In this document: positions 1-9,212 of the stretch, piece after piece | Layout of the letters: each line of letters begins with the position of its first letter | Position numbering within the stretch: position 1 is the first letter of the stretch | Assembly: GCA_965248355.1 (NCBI GenBank) | Contig: OZ252098.1 | Coordinates: 4,032,001-4,096,000, forward strand | Source of the DNA: Candidatus Latescibacterota bacterium | Lineage (GTDB): Bacteria; Latescibacterota; UBA2968; UBA8231 | Direction of reading: 5' to 3' | DNA length: 64,000 nt | The notes under the pieces: model-generated | Database searches by the model: none | The model's input: the letters and a program-made list of their open reading frames with translations, nothing else | Told to the model about the DNA's origin: nothing | Translations under genes and position numbers: made by a program

Positions 1-362
1 TAGATCATCTTGACCCGCCCGGCGCAGGGCTTGTAGAGGAGCTTGAGGGCCTCGAGGTTGTCGCCCTCGATGAAGACGTTGCGCGCCGCCTCGAACCCGG
101 CCGAGGCCTCCGGCGCCGGGGCGAGGGTGGCGCGCGCCGGCGCCTGCAGCAGGCGGATCGCCCCGCCCTTGCCGGCCCAGGTGAAGGCGTAGCGCTCGGG
201 GCCGTCGTCAACGGCCTCGCCCAGGGCCTCCCGCAGCCGGCCGAAGTCGACGCGGCCCTCGGTGAAGGCCTCCGGGAAGAGCGCCTTCAGGGTTTCCAGG
301 CGCGCCTCCGCGGGAGGGCTCGACGCGCGTCTCACCTTCCCCGGCCGGCCGCCGGGGTCCAC
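1..362 (-). CDS. Type III restriction-modification Mod-like DNA methyltransferase, N-terminal part (runs off the window edge)
   Basis: Manual translation (not in ORF track): LKALFPEAFTEGRVDFGRLREALGE..ERYAFTWAGK..NVFIEGDNLEALKLL..GRVKMI(Y), typical Mod N-terminus just before DPPY. GTG at 362 overlaps the upstream TAG; alternative GTG at 335. Confidence 0.85.
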   Translation of the reverse strand, partial: MDPGGRPGKVRRASSPPAEARLETLKALFPEAFTEGRVDFGRLREALGEAVDDGPERYAFTWAGKGGAIRLLQAPARATLAPAPEASAGFEAARNVFIEGDNLEALKLLYKPCAGRVKMI

Positions 363-1507
363 TAGATGTACCCGGTGGCGCCGTCGGGCCGCACCGGGCA
401 GGTGCGCTGCCAGTGGACGTACTGGTCCCCGCTGACGGCGTCCTCGTTCACCTCCACCCCGAGGCCGGGGCGGTCGGGGCGCAGCTCGAGATACCCGTCC
501 TTCGGCAGGTAGGGCTCGTCCACCCAGTCGTTCCAGTCGCTCTCGGTGGGCAGGATGTACTCGAGGATCTTGAAGTTGTGGCACGCCGCCGCGAAGTGGA
601 CGTTGACCGCCGTGGCCAGCGGGCCCATGGGGTTGTGGGGCGCCACGGAGACGTAGTGGGCCTCGGCGATGGCGGCGATCTTGCGCATCTCCAGCAGCCC
701 CCCGCAGATGCAGACGTCGGGCTGGATGATGTCGGCGCCGTTGGCGGCGATCAGGTCGAGGAACTCGAAGCGTCCGTAGAGGCTCTCGCCGGTGGCCAGG
801 GGCACCCGCATCTGCTCGCGCAGGCGCTTCCACTGGGGGATGTGCTCGGGCCGCAGGGGCTCCTCGTAGAACAGGGGGTCGAAGGGCGCCAGGGCGTCGG
901 CCAGCTGCAGGGCCCGCACGGGCTCGAAGATCTTGGCGTGGGGGTCGAAGGCGAACTCCCAGTCCTCCGGCGTGTGGGCGCGGATCTCCTCGAAGTAGCG
1001 GGCCGCGGCGGCGCAGACGCGGCCCCAGCGGTTGGTCTCGGGCGAGAGCAGGAAGGGGCCGGTCTTGAAGGCGGTGATTCCGTGCTCCTCGTTCAGCTTG
1101 TGGGCCTGCTCGGCCGCCTCCTGTCCGCAGCGGCCGCCGATGCCGCGGTAGACGCGCACCCGGTCGCGCACCGAGCCGCCGAGGAGCATGTACACGGGCA
1201 GCCCCGCCGCCTTGCCGGAGATGTCCCACAGGGCGTGGTCGAGGGCCGAGATCGCCGGCAGGCCGACCCCCCCCGGGGGGAAGCGGAACTCCTGCATCAG
1301 CTTCATCATGATGTACTCGATGCGGCGCGGGTCCTCGCCGCCGATCAGCTCGAAGAGGTAGTCGGCCACGGGCTTCACGGAGAGGTCGGGTCCGGTGGAG
1401 TAGGCCTCGCCCCACCCGTACAGGCCCTCGTCGGTCTCCACCTTGATCAGGGCGCGGGGGCGGTTGCCGAAGCGGGCGAGGAAGGTCTTGATGGCGGTGA
1501 TCTTCAC
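362..1507 (-). CDS. Mandelate racemase/enolase-superfamily dehydratase (galactonate dehydratase-like)
   Basis: MKITAIKTF..GWGEA..SALDHALWDISGKAAGLPVY..FDPH..FYEEP..ATGESL..QPDVCICGG..APHNPMGP; GGAGG RBS before GTG 1507. Confidence 0.9.
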   Translation of the reverse strand: MKITAIKTFLARFGNRPRALIKVETDEGLYGWGEAYSTGPDLSVKPVADYLFELIGGEDPRRIEYIMMKLMQEFRFPPGGVGLPAISALDHALWDISGKAAGLPVYMLLGGSVRDRVRVYRGIGGRCGQEAAEQAHKLNEEHGITAFKTGPFLLSPETNRWGRVCAAAARYFEEIRAHTPEDWEFAFDPHAKIFEPVRALQLADALAPFDPLFYEEPLRPEHIPQWKRLREQMRVPLATGESLYGRFEFLDLIAANGADIIQPDVCICGGLLEMRKIAAIAEAHYVSVAPHNPMGPLATAVNVHFAAACHNFKILEYILPTESDWNDWVDEPYLPKDGYLELRPDRPGLGVEVNEDAVSGDQYVHWQRTCPVRPDGATGYI

Positions 1508-1527
1508 GGGGTCCTCCGTGTCAGGGC

Positions 1528-2904
1528 TCAGGAGAAGAAGGTCGGACAGGCGCCGCCCTCGGCTTCGCGCCGAACCAGCAGCACCAGCTCCATGGTGTGG
1601 TAGTCGCCCCACATGCACGACTCGCCGCAGGGGATCCGGCGGCCCCGGGGCACGTGGTCCCAGGCGTTGGGGCGGTGGTAGAGGGCGTGCAGGGTGAGGC
1701 CCTGGTGCCGGCTCGAGGCGGCCAGGTAGGGCTCCTGCAGCAGGGCCGCGGCGATGGTGAAGGCGGCGGACCGGTAGCGTTCGCCGCGCCGCGTGGACCC
1801 CTTCCTGAGCAGGTGGTTGCCGAGGCGCAGGTACCCCTGGGCGCAGATCGCCGCGGCCGAGGCGTCGAGTGGCTCCACGTCGTTGAAGGGGTCGGAGGGC
1901 TGCTCGGCGTAGCGCCCGAAGGAGGCGACGCCGGGGGCGCCCGTGTCCCAGAAAGGCACGCCGTCGGCGAAGCTGTGCTCGATGTGGAACTCCGCCGCGG
2001 CCAGGGCCGCCTTCTCCATGACCGCCACCAGGTCCCGCTTCTTCACGCCGAAAGGCTGCAGCTGCGCCGGCCGCACGGTGCGGAAGAACTCGAGCAGCTC
2101 GGAGTAGCCGCACAGGATCCAGGACAGGCCGCGGGTCCAGGTGGTGAAGGGCGAGTACCCCTGCTGGGTGCTCGCGCAGCGGTACTGGCCGTCGGTGGTG
2201 TTGAAGATCGACTCGTGGGCGACGCGGCCGGAAACGTCCCAGTCGTCGCGGCCTTCTCCGTAGTAGACGTTGAAGCGGGCCGTGGTCAGGGCGTGCTCCA
2301 CGGCCCGGCCCAGGAGACTGATGGCCTGGTCGCCCTCGCCCATGAGCACGTGGCCGAGGCGGTCGGCCAGGCAGAGGATGCGCAGGGACCGGATCGTGTC
2401 GGAGAACAGGGAGTGGGGGCCGTTGAAGGAGGGGATGAAGCCCGTGCCGGCCGCGGTGGGCGTCCAGCGCGCCGCCTGCACGGCGCCGGAGAGCTTGATG
2501 GCCAGCTCGTAGAACTGCAGCTCCCGGGGGTCGTGGGGGATGCGGCCCTCGAGCATCAGCCGCCGCAGGTTGCCGTAGGTGGAGAGATTGTTGAACCCGT
2601 GGTCGTGGACGCCCACGTGGGAGACGTGGGGCGCCATGCGTTCCACGGTGCGGTCGCGGCCCAGCTCGAGGAAGCCCTCGTCGCCGGTCATGTCGAACTG
2701 CAGCAGGGCGCAGCCGTACTGAAAGCCCTGGGTCCACTCCGTCCAGCCGCGCGTGGTGTAGCGCCCGGCCCGCGTGTACACGGGGGCGCCGGCGGCCGGG
2801 TTCCAGCTGCGCTCGATGGAGAGGATCTTGGGGCCGCTGCAGTCCAGGAAGCGGTCGGTGGCGGGGGTCAGGCGCGCGGCGGTGAGGTCGGGATCGATCT
2901 TCAT
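1528..2904 (-). CDS. Glycoside hydrolase family 88 (unsaturated glucuronyl hydrolase-like)
   Basis: WTEWTQGF, HDHGF, QGYS..TWTRGLSW, WDTGAP, DASAAAI and WGDY motifs; start could be 2931. Confidence 0.8.
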   Translation of the reverse strand: MKIDPDLTAARLTPATDRFLDCSGPKILSIERSWNPAAGAPVYTRAGRYTTRGWTEWTQGFQYGCALLQFDMTGDEGFLELGRDRTVERMAPHVSHVGVHDHGFNNLSTYGNLRRLMLEGRIPHDPRELQFYELAIKLSGAVQAARWTPTAAGTGFIPSFNGPHSLFSDTIRSLRILCLADRLGHVLMGEGDQAISLLGRAVEHALTTARFNVYYGEGRDDWDVSGRVAHESIFNTTDGQYRCASTQQGYSPFTTWTRGLSWILCGYSELLEFFRTVRPAQLQPFGVKKRDLVAVMEKAALAAAEFHIEHSFADGVPFWDTGAPGVASFGRYAEQPSDPFNDVEPLDASAAAICAQGYLRLGNHLLRKGSTRRGERYRSAAFTIAAALLQEPYLAASSRHQGLTLHALYHRPNAWDHVPRGRRIPCGESCMWGDYHTMELVLLVRREAEGGACPTFFS

Positions 2905-3029
2905 CGGGCGGTGGAAGATAGCCGCCTGCATCCGGCGTCGCACGCCCCCGCCGGACCCCGGCCCGGGCCTGCGGCGGCCGGAGGCCGCTCCGCTTGACAT
3001 CCGCCGCGCGCCGGGTGTGGTTTGCGCCC

Positions 3030-3266
3030 ATGGATCGACGGGACTTCCTGAGAGCCGTCTCCGCCGCCGGACTGGCCCTGGGCGCGGGCCCCGGCTGGGC
3101 CGCTTCCGGCCGGATGCCCCGCCGGCCCCTGGGCGCCGCCCTGGAGCCGCGCACCGCCGCCGAGGCCGGGCCCGAGCTGGCCACCTCCCTGGGCCGGCTG
3201 CGCACCGGCCGCCTCGACCTCTACCAGCTGCAGGCCCTGCTGTTCCGCTACCCGGACTGGTCCTGA
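3030..3266 (+). pseudogene. Internally deleted Tat-exported aldo/keto reductase remnant
   Basis: Twin-arginine signal MDRRDFL, AKR start MPRRPLG, then SLGRLRTGRLDLYQLQAL, then an immediate end; only 78 aa. Confidence 0.7.
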
Positions 3267-3274
3267 AGCCCGCC

Positions 3275-4909
3275 ATGAACGGCGCCGACGCCCTGGTGGC
3301 CGCTCTCCAGGCCCATGGCGTGACCTGGATCTCGACGCTCTGCGGCCACGGCCTCAACGAGATCTACGCCGCCTGCCGGCGCGCCGGCCTGCGCCTGGTG
3401 GACACCCGCAACGAGCAGACCGCGGCCTACGCCGCCGAGGCCTGGGGGCGCCTGAGCGGCGGCGTCGGCGTCTGCGCCGTCAGCTCGGGGGTGGCCCACG
3501 CCAACGCCCTGACCGGGGTCGTGAACGCCCACTTCGACGGCGCCCCCATGCTGCTGGTCACCGGCGCCGGGCCCCTGGACACGGCGGGCCAGGGGCACTT
3601 CCAGGACTTCGACCAGGTGGCCCTGGCGCAGCCCGTGTGCAAGTACGCCCGGGTCCTGGACCGCGCCGACCGCGTGCCCGAGTTCGTCCACGAGGCCCTG
3701 GCCGAGGCCCTCGCCGGCCGGCCGGGACCCGTCCACCTCACCTTTCCCATGGACGTGCAGACGGAGACTTTCTCCGAAAGTCTGGCGACCGCGCCCGCCG
3801 TCGCCGAGGACCGGCCCCCGTCGCCGTCGCCGGAGGCCGTGCGCCGGGCGGCGCAGCTGCTGGCGGCCAGCCGGCAACCCCTGATCGTGGCCGGCAGCGG
3901 CGTGTTCTACGGCGGCGCCGGCCGCGAGGTGGCCGACTTCGCCTCGGCCTGGGCCGTCCCCTGCGCCGTGCCCATCTGGGACCGCGGCTCCGTCGCCGAG
4001 GCGCGCCCGGAGTATCTCGGCGTCCTCGGCGCCGCCAGCGGCGGCCCCCGGCTGCTGGAGGACGCCGATCTCGTCCTCATGCTGGGGGCGGCCGCCGACT
4101 ACCGCGTGGGCTACCTCCAGTCGCCGCCCTTGCGGCCCGATGCCGCCGTGGTCCGCGTCGACGTCGACCCCGGCCGCCTGCACCACATGGGCCGCGCCGA
4201 CCTGTCGGTCCTGGCCGGCCCCGCCCCCTTCGTCGAAGCGCTGGGAGACGCCTGCGCCGCCGCCGGCACCGGCGGCTTCGAGGAGTGGCTGGCCGAGGTG
4301 CGCCGGCGGCGGGACACCTTCGACGCCTCCGTGCGGTCGGACCCCGGCGGCGGCGCCCTGCGCGACTCGGGTCTGGACGCCCTCGAGGTCTGCGAGGCCA
4401 TCGCTTCGGAGGTCCCGGAGGAGGCCGTGCTCATCGCCGACGGCGGCAATGTCGGCCAGTGGTTCCACCAGACCTTCGGGAGCCGCCGCTACCCCGGCAC
4501 CTGGCTCACCTGCGGCGCCAGCGGCGTCGTCGGCTACGGGGTCGGCGCCGCCATGGCGGCCCGTCTCGGATTCCCCCGCCGGCCGGTGGTCCTGCTCTCC
4601 GGGGACGGCGCCGCCACCTTCAACCTCACCGACCTGGAGTGCGCGGCGCGCCAGGGTCTGCCCTTCGTCATGATCGTGGCCGACGACGAGGCCTGGGGGA
4701 TCACGCTCTCCGGAGACCTGCGCGCCCACGGCGAGCCCATGAGCAGCGCTCTCGGCCCCTTCGACTTCGCCGGCCTGGCCGCGGCCTGCGGGGCCATCGG
4801 CGTCCGCGTCGAGGACGCCGATCACCTGCGCGAGGCCCTGCGGCGGGGCCTCGGTGAATCGCGGCCCGTGGTCCTGCACGCGCCCATCCGAGGAGGCATG
4901 CCCCAATGA
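3275..4909 (+). CDS. Thiamine pyrophosphate-dependent enzyme (acetolactate synthase large subunit-like)
   Basis: RNEQTAAYAAEAWGR, GRPGPVHL, GDGAATF TPP-binding motif. Confidence 0.9.
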   Translation: MNGADALVAALQAHGVTWISTLCGHGLNEIYAACRRAGLRLVDTRNEQTAAYAAEAWGRLSGGVGVCAVSSGVAHANALTGVVNAHFDGAPMLLVTGAGPLDTAGQGHFQDFDQVALAQPVCKYARVLDRADRVPEFVHEALAEALAGRPGPVHLTFPMDVQTETFSESLATAPAVAEDRPPSPSPEAVRRAAQLLAASRQPLIVAGSGVFYGGAGREVADFASAWAVPCAVPIWDRGSVAEARPEYLGVLGAASGGPRLLEDADLVLMLGAAADYRVGYLQSPPLRPDAAVVRVDVDPGRLHHMGRADLSVLAGPAPFVEALGDACAAAGTGGFEEWLAEVRRRRDTFDASVRSDPGGGALRDSGLDALEVCEAIASEVPEEAVLIADGGNVGQWFHQTFGSRRYPGTWLTCGASGVVGYGVGAAMAARLGFPRRPVVLLSGDGAATFNLTDLECAARQGLPFVMIVADDEAWGITLSGDLRAHGEPMSSALGPFDFAGLAAACGAIGVRVEDADHLREALRRGLGESRPVVLHAPIRGGMPQ

Positions 4910-5562
4910 CACGGACGACCCACCCCGACCTGGAGAGCTACCGCCTCGACCTGTTCGTCGAGGAGGACGAGGTCCTGCGGAGCGTCATGCCCGAGGCCAC
5001 GGCGGCCGGAATCCCCGGCATCTCGGTCAGCGCCGACGCCGGCAAGATGCTCCACCTGCTGGCCCGCGCCGTGAACGCGCGCCGGATCCTGGAGTTCGGA
5101 TCCCTGGCCGGGTACTCGGGCATCTGGCTGGCCCGGGCCCTGCCGCCCGGAGGCCGCCTCATCAGCCTCGAGGTGGACGGGAAGCACGCCGCCGTGACGC
5201 GGCGCAACTTCGAGCGAGCCGGCGTCGGCGACCGCGCCGAGGTCCGCCTCGGACCGGCCCTTCAGACCATGGCCTCGGTGGCCGGCGAGGGGCCCTTCGA
5301 CCTGGCCTTCATCGACGCCGACAAGGAGAACTACCCCGGCTACCTGGACTTCTCCCTCCGGCACGTGCGCGAGGGCGGCCTGATCGTCGCCGACAACGCC
5401 AACGGCCACGGCCACGCCCACGAGGTGCTGGAGCCGGGCGACGGCCGCCGCGGCATCCAGACCTACAACCGGCGGGTCGCCGGGGATCCGCGGCTGGTGT
5501 CGCACATCATCCCCGTGGGGGGATGGCTGGCGGTATCGGTGGTCGGCGGGTCGGAGGAATGA
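4906..5562 (+). CDS. SAM-dependent O-methyltransferase (caffeoyl-CoA OMT family)
   Basis: RILEFGSLAGYSGIW, FDLAFIDADKENY, GGLIVADN; ATGA overlap with upstream gene. Confidence 0.9.
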   Translation: MTRTTHPDLESYRLDLFVEEDEVLRSVMPEATAAGIPGISVSADAGKMLHLLARAVNARRILEFGSLAGYSGIWLARALPPGGRLISLEVDGKHAAVTRRNFERAGVGDRAEVRLGPALQTMASVAGEGPFDLAFIDADKENYPGYLDFSLRHVREGGLIVADNANGHGHAHEVLEPGDGRRGIQTYNRRVAGDPRLVSHIIPVGGWLAVSVVGGSEE

Positions 5563-5578
5563 AGGCCGGCGCGGGGCC

Positions 5579-6475
5579 TCAGTACAGGGTGCGGTACAGC
5601 CGCTGGGGATAGTCGGCCACGGCGGGGTGCTGGCGCCCCAGCAGGTGGAAGACGGAGACCATGGCGTCCTTGGCGGCGCCGCCCTTGAAGTTGCGGTCCT
5701 TCTCCACCACCGCGAACCACTCGCGCAGGGCGCTCTCGTAGTCGCTGGCGGCGGCGCAGCAGCAGCCGACCAGGTAGCGGGCTTCCACGTCGTCGGGCGA
5801 CGCGAGCAGCCGCTCGGCGCAGGCCCGGGGCCCGCCGGCGCTCTCGCAGGCGGCGCCCAGCTCCAGGTGGTGGAGCAGCGCCCGGCCCTGCTCCCACTCC
5901 GCCGTACCCTCCTCGATGCGGTCCACCAGGCTGCGGACGGCCTCCTCGCCGGCGTCCTGCATCAGGCGCACGCGGGCCAGCCCCAGCAGGCCGGCGCCGC
6001 TGGTCTCGTCGTCGCGCAGGACCTCGGAGAACAGGCGCTCCGCGGAGGCCACGTCGCCCATCTCGAGCTGCTGCCGGGCGGCGTCGGCCAGGTCCCCCAT
6101 CTCCTGGGCCGGCGTCGGCGGCGCCTCCGGCACGTGCCGGCGCAGGATCTCCTCCACCTGCTCCCGGGGCAGGGCGCCGGTGAACTCGTCGGCGAGCTGG
6201 CCGTCCTTGACGATCTTGACGGCCGGGATGCTCTGCACCCGGAAGGCCGTGGCCAGGTCCTGGTTGGCGTCGATGTCGATCTTGGCCAGCACCACACCCG
6301 GGCCCAGGGCGGTCACCACGTCTTCGAGGATCGGGCCCAGGGTCTTGCAGGGTCCGCACCACTCGGCCCAGAAATCGACGACGATGAGCTTGTCGCGCGA
6401 TCCCTGGAGGACGACCTGCTCGAAGTTGGTGGCGTCGACCTCGACGACGCTGCCCGCGGAGGGCTGGATCTCCAT
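5579..6475 (-). CDS. Thioredoxin-TPR chaperedoxin (YbbN/CnoX family)
   Basis: DFWAEWCGPCK thioredoxin site, C-terminal TPR-like helices; AAGGAG RBS. Confidence 0.85.
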   Translation of the reverse strand: MEIQPSAGSVVEVDATNFEQVVLQGSRDKLIVVDFWAEWCGPCKTLGPILEDVVTALGPGVVLAKIDIDANQDLATAFRVQSIPAVKIVKDGQLADEFTGALPREQVEEILRRHVPEAPPTPAQEMGDLADAARQQLEMGDVASAERLFSEVLRDDETSGAGLLGLARVRLMQDAGEEAVRSLVDRIEEGTAEWEQGRALLHHLELGAACESAGGPRACAERLLASPDDVEARYLVGCCCAAASDYESALREWFAVVEKDRNFKGGAAKDAMVSVFHLLGRQHPAVADYPQRLYRTLY

Positions 6476-6501
6476 GCTGTGCTCCTTCGTTTTCCCTCGA
6501 T

Positions 6502-7551
6502 CTACTGCGCCCGGCCCCGTCCCGCCACGGGCCACTCGTCGATCACCCGGCCGTCCTTCAGGACGAAGAGCCGGTCGTGCAGGTTGGTGGTCATGCCGCC
6601 GTGGAGGGGGATCCAGGAGAGGATCTGGCCGACCGGGAATCTATGGCCGGAGGCGGTGATGTCCACGTGGCCGTGCTCCACCGACATCCCCTTGAGGTGG
6701 ACCTCGGGATGCTCGAGGCAGTAGCCGTAGGGCATGGGCGGATAGCTGGTGAAGGCCTTCATCCCGGCGTCGATCACGGCCTGGCCCGGGACGGAGTTGG
6801 AGACCACGGTCGTCACCAGGCGCAGGGGGCAGCGCCCGGGGTCGAGGTCCTCCCGGCGGCCGACGCGGGTCATGCCCTCCCAGGCGTAGGAGCCGATGCG
6901 CGTCTCGGTGCAGCCGATCGCCTTGGAGACCTCCTCGCTGCCGGTGCCGCCGCCGCTGACCATGTGCAGGGGCAGGCCGGCGGCATCGATCAGCCGGCGC
7001 ACCTCGTCGAGGAAGGGCCGGGCCCCCTCGCGGCTGGGATAGGTCATGACGCCGAGGAACTCGGTCCCCGGAAGGCTGTCGATCCGACGGGCCAGCTCCA
7101 GCGTCTCCCCGGGCGACTGCACGCCCACCCGGCCGCCCCCCGTGTCCATCTCGATGATCACCCTCACCTTGCAGCCCGCCGCGGCGGCGGCGGCCGAGAG
7201 GCCCTCCACGGTGGCCGCCGAGTCAGCGGCCACGGTAAGCGTCGTGCGGCCCGGTTTCACCAGCTCCGTGAGCCGCCGCAGCTTGGGGGCGCCGACGATG
7301 TTGTAGGGGATCAGGATGTCCTCGATGCCGCCCTCGGCCATGGCCTCGGCCTCGCCCAGTTTCTGGGCCACGATGCCCACGGCTCCGGCGTCGATCTGCC
7401 TGCGGGCGATGGCCGGGGTCTTGTGGGTCTTGGTGTGCACCCGCAGTCCGATCTCCAGGGCGTCGCAGGCGGCCTGGAGCTGGGTGATGTTGCGGTCGAG
7501 GACGTCGAGGTCGACGCCCAGGGCGGGGGTGTCCAGCTCGGTGTAGTGCAC
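6502..7551 (-). CDS. PLP fold-type III enzyme (D-threonine aldolase / D-serine dehydratase-like)
   Basis: LDTPAL, RVHTKTHK PLP lysine, EMDTGGGRVG, DAGMKA, SVEHG; GTG start. Confidence 0.85.
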   Translation of the reverse strand: MHYTELDTPALGVDLDVLDRNITQLQAACDALEIGLRVHTKTHKTPAIARRQIDAGAVGIVAQKLGEAEAMAEGGIEDILIPYNIVGAPKLRRLTELVKPGRTTLTVAADSAATVEGLSAAAAAAGCKVRVIIEMDTGGGRVGVQSPGETLELARRIDSLPGTEFLGVMTYPSREGARPFLDEVRRLIDAAGLPLHMVSGGGTGSEEVSKAIGCTETRIGSYAWEGMTRVGRREDLDPGRCPLRLVTTVVSNSVPGQAVIDAGMKAFTSYPPMPYGYCLEHPEVHLKGMSVEHGHVDITASGHRFPVGQILSWIPLHGGMTTNLHDRLFVLKDGRVIDEWPVAGRGRAQ

Positions 7552-7553
7552 GC

Positions 7554-8639
7554 TCAGCTCCTCAGCTCTTTGAACAGTTCGAGATAGCGGTACGAGGTCG
7601 TGTCCCAGCCGTACTCCCGGCGGCAGTACCGGAGGGCCGCCTCGCCGGCGGTGCGGCGTTCTTCCGGGGTCAGATCGTAGTAGGCGTGCACGGCGCCGGC
7701 AAAGGCCTGGTAGTCGCCGGCCGGCACCAGCCATCCGCCCTCGCGGACGGCTTCCACCAGGGCGTCCACGGCAAAGGCGACCACGGGGGTGCCCAGGTAC
7801 ATCGCCTCCAGCGGCGCGATGCCGTAGCCCTCCACGTCCCCCTCGGTGGGCACGTTGGGCATGAGGAACAGGTCGCAGTGCCGCCGCAGCATGGAGCAGG
7901 TCTCGTCGTCGAGGGCGCCGAGGAGCAGGACGCGCCCGGGGTCCTCGAGGCGCTCGCGGGCCTCGCGCACGAGCCCGGCGTCGGGACCGTCGCCGACGAT
8001 GAGGAGGCGCAGGCCGCAATCGAGCAGCGGCACGCCGCGCTCGACGAACCGGGCCACCCCCTTGCGCGGCACCATGCGCCCCAGGTTCAGCAGCAGGCGG
8101 TCGCGGCCGAAGGCGACGCCGTGCTCCGCCTCGAAGGCGCGGCGCAGCTCCTCGTCGCGCTCGGGAGTCACCTCCGCCGGCTCGGCGCCCAGGTGGATGA
8201 GGCGCATGCGTGCCTCCGGTACGCCCCAGGCCTCGGCGGCGATGCGCATGGAGTTGGCGCTGATGACGGCGATGCCCTGGCAGCGCCGGACCCCGGCCCG
8301 CATCAGGGCCCGCGCCCAGCGGTTTCGGAAGGTCATCTCCAGTCCGAAGAGGGTGCAGCAGAACCGGGACCGGCCGCGCAGGGGCGCCAGGCTCCGGGCC
8401 AGGGAGGCGGTGACGCCGTCGCCGAAATAGACCAGGTCCACCCGGCGCGCCAGGAGCGCCAAGGCCGCCCTCAGCCACGCCCACGGCAGGAACCAGGCCA
8501 GGTGCAGGATCGACTCCCGTCCCAGCGTCACCCGGATCACCGGCAGGCGCTGGCTCAGGTAGGCGAAGAGCTTGAAAGCGTGGGTCTGGGCCCCGCCGCG
8601 GGAGGGCGGATAGCGGCGGGCGAGGAAGAGGATCCGCAT
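7554..8639 (-). CDS. Glycosyltransferase family 4
   Basis: MRILFLARRYPPSRGG, GRMVPRKG, EGYGIAPLEAM (EX7E). Confidence 0.9.
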   Translation of the reverse strand: MRILFLARRYPPSRGGAQTHAFKLFAYLSQRLPVIRVTLGRESILHLAWFLPWAWLRAALALLARRVDLVYFGDGVTASLARSLAPLRGRSRFCCTLFGLEMTFRNRWARALMRAGVRRCQGIAVISANSMRIAAEAWGVPEARMRLIHLGAEPAEVTPERDEELRRAFEAEHGVAFGRDRLLLNLGRMVPRKGVARFVERGVPLLDCGLRLLIVGDGPDAGLVREARERLEDPGRVLLLGALDDETCSMLRRHCDLFLMPNVPTEGDVEGYGIAPLEAMYLGTPVVAFAVDALVEAVREGGWLVPAGDYQAFAGAVHAYYDLTPEERRTAGEAALRYCRREYGWDTTSYRYLELFKELRS

Positions 8640-8674
8640 CTGTCGAGAAGGCTCCGGGCGACGCCGGCGGCAGC

Positions 8675-8704
8675 TTGACACCCTCCGGCGGAGAGGGCTA
8701 TAAC
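8675..8704 (+). promoter_or_regulatory. Sigma70-type promoter for aquaporin / M81 / oxidoreductase operon
   Basis: TTGACA (8675-8680), 18 bp, TATAAC (8699-8704); spacer contains CCCTC..GAGGG inverted repeat. Confidence 0.6.
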
Positions 8705-8743
8705 ATTCGCCCCTTTCGTCGTTCCCGGAAAGAAAGAAGCTCC

Positions 8744-9212
8744 ATGGAGGCCAGGGCATGCGCGGCGGAGCTGGCGGGGACCTTCACCCTCGTCTTCATC
8801 GGCGCCGGAGCCGTCGCCGTTGGCGTCGGCGGCATCCTGCGGCTTCACCGACTCCCTGGGCGCCACCCTGCCCGCCCCGGGCGTCAGCCACGCCCAAACC
8901 CTCGTTCTGGAGGCGATCCTCACCTTCATGCTCGTCACCGCCATCCTCAACACCGCCGTGAGCGGCAAAGGCGGCGACTTGGCGCCGTTCGCCATCGGCC
9001 TCACCTTGATCTTCTGCATCCTCATGGGCGGGCCTCTCACCGGCGCCTCCCTGAACCCGGCCCGCACCCTGGGGCCGGGCCTGTTCACGAACACGCTGAA
9101 CGTGTTCTGGGTCTACCTCGCGGGCACCTTCCTCGGAGCCGCCCTCGCCGGAGGGCTCTACCGGGGGATGCCCAGGTCGTCCGAGCCCCTTTCCAAGGGA
9201 GATCAGACGTGA
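8744..9212 (+). pseudogene. Aquaporin (MIP family), internally deleted and frameshifted
   Basis: TM1 (AAELAGTFTLVFIGAG) in one frame, C-half (EAILTFMLV..GGPLTGASLNPARTLGP) in another; first NPA loop and TM2-3 absent; junction near 8830. Confidence 0.8.

Noticed and set aside
2994..3025. TTGACA upstream of the AKR remnant as a promoter
   Set aside because: No convincing -10 hexamer at 16-18 bp.
362..3205. Apparent long fusion ORFs (947, 778, 964, 1049 and 1316 aa entries in the track)
   Set aside because: N-terminal parts are off-frame read-through of neighbouring genes; real starts lie downstream.
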